From UHGV virus genome UHGV-0135135: a stretch of 10,263 nucleotides of DNA; one strand, 5' to 3'. The position numbers and the translations under genes are program-made. Numbering within the stretch: position 1 is the first letter of the stretch; each line of letters begins with the position of its first letter. Origin of the DNA: a virus. Positions 7,215-10,263 of this stretch are shown piece by piece. The notes beneath the pieces are model-generated. The model saw only the letters and a program-made list of their open reading frames with translations, ran no database searches and was not told where the DNA came from.

Positions 7215-7496
7215 TCAATGATAATCCTGATAGTCAACTAGAATTGCGTCTTCTCCTTCAAATCGGAAGGTAAGTCGCCAGTTACCGTTTACCGATATTG
7301 CCCAGTGACCTTTAAGGTCCGCCCCCTTTAGTGGGTGCAATTCCCATCCAGGCGCAGACATATCGTCCGGGCGTTTAGCTGTATTAAGAGCAGTCAATTG
7401 AATGCGTAGCTTAACCGCATGTTTGGCCTGAATGCCTGCGGTTGAACCTGTCTTGAAAAAGCGTTCAAGCCCTTTATGGCGAAATGACTTAATCAA
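7215..7496 (-). CDS. higB: HigB-family toxin (RelE/ParE superfamily)
   Basis: 93-aa product (L)[13 protein letters not shown]...[21 protein letters not shown] closely parallels the classical HigB toxin as I recall it. Probable TTG start at 7494-7496; the ORF-track extension to 7559 also begins with TTG and is probably leader. Toxin upstream of antitoxin, as is usual for hig loci. Confidence 0.8.
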   Translation of the reverse strand: MIKSFRHKGLERFFKTGSTAGIQAKHAVKLRIQLTALNTAKRPDDMSAPGWELHPLKGADLKGHWAISVNGNWRLTFRFEGEDAILVDYQDYH

Positions 7497-7521
7497 AATA
7501 ATTCCATCTGTGCGCGTAACC

Positions 7522-7533
7522 TGTGTATACACA
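7522..7533. promoter_or_regulatory. 12-bp perfect palindrome TGTGTATACACA in the leader of the second higB/higA
   Basis: Read directly from the sequence, about 25 nt upstream of the proposed higB start on the minus strand. Plausible HigA operator; function not verifiable here. Confidence 0.35.
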
Positions 7534-7693
7534 CTACACACAGAGAGAGCAAAATGCAAGCACTATCCGTATAGACAGAGTTTCTTCGCCGCCCTGAATT
7601 TATTGACTGTCAACAAGTGACTTTCATTAATCTTTATGCGGGGGCCAGCTTCATTTGCTGGCATTAGATTAAAAATTAAACGGAGTGAATGAC

Positions 7694-7828
7694 ATGGATG
7701 TTATCTTCGAATTATTAATGCTAATTGATCTGTTTATGAACGCTTCATTGACCACTCAAATACTCGCGTTAGTATTTTTGTTACTCTTCTATCTGGTATT
7801 AAGGGAGTTAACAAAGCTACTGAGTTGA
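7694..7828 (+). CDS. Candidate small hydrophobic protein (44 aa), absent from the ORF track
   Basis: Hand-translated ATG...TGA encoding MDVIFELLMLIDLFMNASLTTQILALVFLLLFYLVLRELTKLLS. GGAG sits 8 nt upstream of the ATG, and a candidate promoter (TTGACT at 7603-7608, 17-bp spacer, ATTAAT at 7626-7631) lies upstream. Contains one predicted transmembrane helix; its stop abuts the stop of the convergent 217-aa gene. May be a chance ORF in AT-rich DNA. Confidence 0.3.
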   Translation: MDVIFELLMLIDLFMNASLTTQILALVFLLLFYLVLRELTKLLS

Positions 7829-8482
7829 TTAAAGTATCACCGTATCTTCATCAATTACTTGCCCGGCCAGCGATTTTGGTTGGGTATTTCCTGCTTTAGC
7901 TTTTTGATCGCTGATAATGGACAGGAACGAGGCCATTATCCCTGCTTTGTTTTCTTTCTCTACCGAACCAGTCATTTGTTTCAGGTAATCCGCGCTGGCA
8001 ACATTGTGGTATACCGTTGCATAGCAGCACAGAATCATCAGGATGTGCTCTGGTCGGATATCTTGCCAGTTAACTCGATAAACCTCTTCACCGTTGCCGT
8101 TGTATTCGGTATCGACGATAGAGTCGGGGATCTCGAATGCCCCTTTGTTCTTGTCAGGCAGGGATAGCAGCCTTTGTAGTTTCAGCTCTCGGTATCTCTC
8201 CATGCCGACAATGATCGCCGCTCTGCCGTCGGCGTGCCGTGTTTTTAATGTTACCTGGCTGGCACCTGTACCGGCTGAAATAGTTGGCGTGATTTCGTCA
8301 ACCAGCACCTTAAATTCACTTTTACGCAGCTCGGCAATTGCTGGTGGAATTTTTCGTTTTTGTTCAATAGCAGATGCTGGGAGGGGCTTTACTTTGTCAA
8401 TTACAAGCGCACCGTCTTTCAGGACTGCCGTAGCCATCAGCGGCTTGTTAGTCGAAAGGCTGAATATTGCGATCTTTTGCAT
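7829..8482 (-). CDS. Hypothetical protein (217 aa)
   Basis: ATG at 8480-8482 with GGAG 8 nt upstream; single long ORF; no family recognised. Confidence 0.6.
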   Translation of the reverse strand: MQKIAIFSLSTNKPLMATAVLKDGALVIDKVKPLPASAIEQKRKIPPAIAELRKSEFKVLVDEITPTISAGTGASQVTLKTRHADGRAAIIVGMERYRELKLQRLLSLPDKNKGAFEIPDSIVDTEYNGNGEEVYRVNWQDIRPEHILMILCCYATVYHNVASADYLKQMTGSVEKENKAGIMASFLSIISDQKAKAGNTQPKSLAGQVIDEDTVIL

Positions 8483-8508
8483 GGCTTTTACTCCACGATA
8501 GCAGGCAC

Positions 8509-8533
8509 AAAAAAAGGCCGCACATGGCGGCCT
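8509..8533 (-). terminator. Rho-independent terminator in minus orientation, immediately upstream of the 217-aa gene
   Basis: On the minus strand: 7-bp GC-rich stem AGGCCGC / GCGGCCT with a 5-nt loop followed by seven T residues (plus-strand A-run 8509-8515, stem 8515-8533). It ends about 27 nt before the gene's start codon. Confidence 0.55.
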
Positions 8534-8747
8534 GCTTTGGCGTTATGACTCCCTACCGCGCATCGGCTGAAAGTTAGTCGTCAAAAGAACCTTCAACGGG
8601 AGCCGTTTGCGCAATGGATTTTGTCCAGATTGTGATTTCCAGAATAGTGTCAACAATTTTTTTGAATTTTTTATTCGCGCTGAATTTGGCCTAAGTCATT
8701 TTGGCGGAGATGTTTTCTTTTGTAACATAAAACTTCAGTTTGTTTAC

Positions 8748-9377
8748 ATGAAGGATGGTTTTGTGAAGTTAAGGGTTTTGGGAGCAGTGCTCGCGGTTAT
8801 ATTGGGGGGAGTTTCTCTTAATGCTGCCTATGCAGGCGCGTTACCTGCAAAGTATGAGGCTGGACTGAAGGTGTTGCGAAACGCCAAAACAAACTATACG
8901 CCTGATGAAGTTTCAAACTATTGCCAGAAAGAAAATATCCCACTGAAACCTGTAGAGCCATTCTTTAAAAGCAACATTGAGTTCTGTGTATTGGCATATG
9001 CAGCAGATGAAACAGGCAAAGCCATACAAAAGACAGGGTATTCCACCAAAGACACAATGTCGGTGTTAAGTAACGGCGTGTTGCAGTTTGAGCTTTATCG
9101 TCAGCAAGGAATGGGAGATCTATTGCAGCCTTTGTATGTGCTGGCTTGGGTGCCTGAAGGGCAGCAGTTTCTTATCCGGAAAGGGATGCTTCGGCAAAGT
9201 GATGTGGCAGGATTCAATAACATGATGGAACTTGAACGATCCGCGAAGCAAAAACAAGCACCTAAGCAACCTACAGCGGAATGCATTCGTAGTGAGATCC
9301 AAAAGATATTAAGTGAGCAGCCTTACATTGATCGTGGGGTAGCCGAAGTCGCTGCAAAAATGGAATGTACTAATTAA
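8748..9377 (+). CDS. Hypothetical secreted or periplasmic protein with N-terminal signal peptide
   Basis: The ORF-track start at 8607 is almost certainly a non-coding AT-rich extension. Likely start is the ATG at 8748 or the GTG at 8763 (AAGGA 7 nt upstream), giving MKLRVLGAVLAVILGGVSLNAAYA followed by an AXA-type cleavage site. Mature part has 4 Cys. No family recognised. Confidence 0.6.
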   Translation: MKDGFVKLRVLGAVLAVILGGVSLNAAYAGALPAKYEAGLKVLRNAKTNYTPDEVSNYCQKENIPLKPVEPFFKSNIEFCVLAYAADETGKAIQKTGYSTKDTMSVLSNGVLQFELYRQQGMGDLLQPLYVLAWVPEGQQFLIRKGMLRQSDVAGFNNMMELERSAKQKQAPKQPTAECIRSEIQKILSEQPYIDRGVAEVAAKMECTN

Positions 9378-9384
9378 CCTCAAA

Positions 9385-9864
9385 TTGGATGAAAAGGCAA
9401 CAATGTCTGGAGTTAATGAAATGATACGCATAAAAAAAGAGAAACCATTTTCTTCAACAAAGACATCAAACTTGAATAAGCTGGCTATAGCGGCATTAAT
9501 GTTTTTTCCTTTGGTTGCTAATGCTGGGAATTTGCAGGTAAAGTGCGGTAGGTTTGATATAAAAATCTATCCGAACGCCATATTTCTGAATGGGAATAAG
9601 GTTGATAACGCGCACCGGAAAACTGAATCTGACGTAATGAGCTATGTGTTCCAGGAGTATGCCGAGATGGGGGGAACTTACACGTTGTACTCGCTGGATG
9701 TTCCTTCTCGCGGTGATATGACGTTATCTCATCAATGGCAGAACGCCGATGGCGAAGCTCTGCGCGAGGTTAAAACAGAAAAATGTGGCACTTTCCATTC
9801 TTTTAAAGGGAAAGCGCCCAATGTTAAATCTACGCTTGAAAAACAGCTTGCTGGTGAGCTTTAA
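9385..9864 (+). CDS. Hypothetical small secreted protein with signal peptide
   Basis: ORF begins 8 nt after the previous stop. Alternative ATG starts at 9385, 9403 and 9421; all precede a signal-peptide-like segment (KLAIAALMFFPLVANA then G). Two Cys in the mature part. No family recognised. Confidence 0.55.
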   Translation: MDEKATMSGVNEMIRIKKEKPFSSTKTSNLNKLAIAALMFFPLVANAGNLQVKCGRFDIKIYPNAIFLNGNKVDNAHRKTESDVMSYVFQEYAEMGGTYTLYSLDVPSRGDMTLSHQWQNADGEALREVKTEKCGTFHSFKGKAPNVKSTLEKQLAGEL

Positions 9865-10199
9865 GCCCCTTTAATCACGGAGATTTCGTTTCCCGCACGA
9901 TAGCGGCGGGGAACGGAACTCTCCATCAGGTCACGAATTACTCCCGCTTCACGCAGTTCCTCTGTCTCCCAGTATCTGTTTGTCACCAGGTCAAGGCTGG
10001 CAATGACTTTATGCCGGTCATTCGGCATTGCTTCTTTTTCAGCCATTATCATCAGCGAGAACTCTTCATCCAGTAGAATTTGATACCAGACTTTTGACAG
10101 TTCCAACTCTCTAATGAGGGTGAAGCGCCGCTCAATTGTGGCAGCAGAATAAGTGAAATCTATTTTTTTGGTGGCATACATTTTGCTGTGTCCGGTCAC
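9861..10199 (-). CDS. Hypothetical protein (about 106-112 aa), convergent with and overlapping the end of the secreted-protein operon
   Basis: ORF with a GTG at 10197-10199 or an ATG at 10179-10181 as start; its stop overlaps the 3' end of the plus-strand gene by about 4 nt. Weak Shine-Dalgarno; no family recognised. Confidence 0.45.
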   Translation of the reverse strand: MTGHSKMYATKKIDFTYSAATIERRFTLIRELELSKVWYQILLDEEFSLMIMAEKEAMPNDRHKVIASLDLVTNRYWETEELREAGVIRDLMESSVPRRYRAGNEISVIKGA

Positions 10200-10203
10200 T
10201 TAG

Positions 10204-10245
10204 TAGTTAAAGCCCCGGCATGACCGGGGCAAAAGCTATTAACTA
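10204..10245. promoter_or_regulatory. GC-rich hairpin GCCCCGG-CATGA-CCGGGGC (10212-10230) flanked by TAGTTAA / TTAACTA inverted arms
   Basis: Read directly from the sequence, just upstream of the 112-aa gene start. Could be an operator, a terminator remnant from a gene beyond the window, or a structural element. Confidence 0.3.
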
Positions 10246-10263
10246 ACAATCCAGTCGGTCGCT

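Noticed and set aside
7497-7559. 5' extension of the second higB ORF (track start at 7559)
   Set aside because: The track start is a TTG and the extension adds a Cys-rich leader not found on HigB toxins; a TTG at 7494-7496 gives the canonical IKSFRHKG N-terminus. The extension also contains the palindrome TGTGTATACACA, which fits a regulatory leader better.
7644-7662. Hairpin GCCAGC-TTCATTT-GCTGGC as a terminator
   Set aside because: The stem is followed by ATTAGATTAAAAATTAAA, which is A/T-rich but has no U-run, and it lies in the 5' leader of the candidate small ORF; more likely a leader structure or chance.
8607-8747. N-terminal 47 codons of the ORF-track entry 8607..9377
   Set aside because: AT-rich, low-complexity translation (FFEFFIRAEF...) with no ribosome-binding site; a signal peptide begins right at the internal ATG/GTG at 8748/8763 with AAGGA upstream, so the extension is most likely promoter DNA.
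1-10263. CRISPR arrays, tRNA or rRNA genes, integrase or transposase genes and terminal inverted repeats of insertion sequences
   Set aside because: No regularly spaced direct repeats, no cloverleaf-compatible segments and no recombinase-like ORFs were seen; the island boundaries are not within this window.

Overview
Read from sequence alone, with no database searches: this window looks like a mosaic accessory or prophage-like region with enterobacterial-style ribosome-binding sites and several AT-rich intergenic stretches. Confidently recognised genes are an RdgC homologue, the N-terminal part of a C5 cytosine DNA methyltransferase running off the left edge, and two unrelated HigB/HigA-type toxin-antitoxin pairs (one on + at 4614-5279, one on - at 6925-7496). 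Between and around these lie genes I cannot assign a function to: a tightly coupled four-gene minus-strand operon (4547 down to 1253) whose last gene resembles a gpV/gp5-type baseplate spike; a coupled two-gene operon (109 aa plus a 398-aa protein with a SWIM-like Cys/His cluster and a basic coiled-coil tail) sitting between the two TA modules; a 217-aa gene with an intrinsic terminator directly upstream of it; two adjacent signal-peptide proteins; and a convergent 112-aa gene. I see no rRNA, tRNA, CRISPR array, integrase or transposase. The best candidates for an undescribed system are the two operons of unknown function next to the TA modules, but their function is inference from context only. 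Family assignments are from recalled motifs and coordinates were counted by hand, so they should be re-verified computationally.
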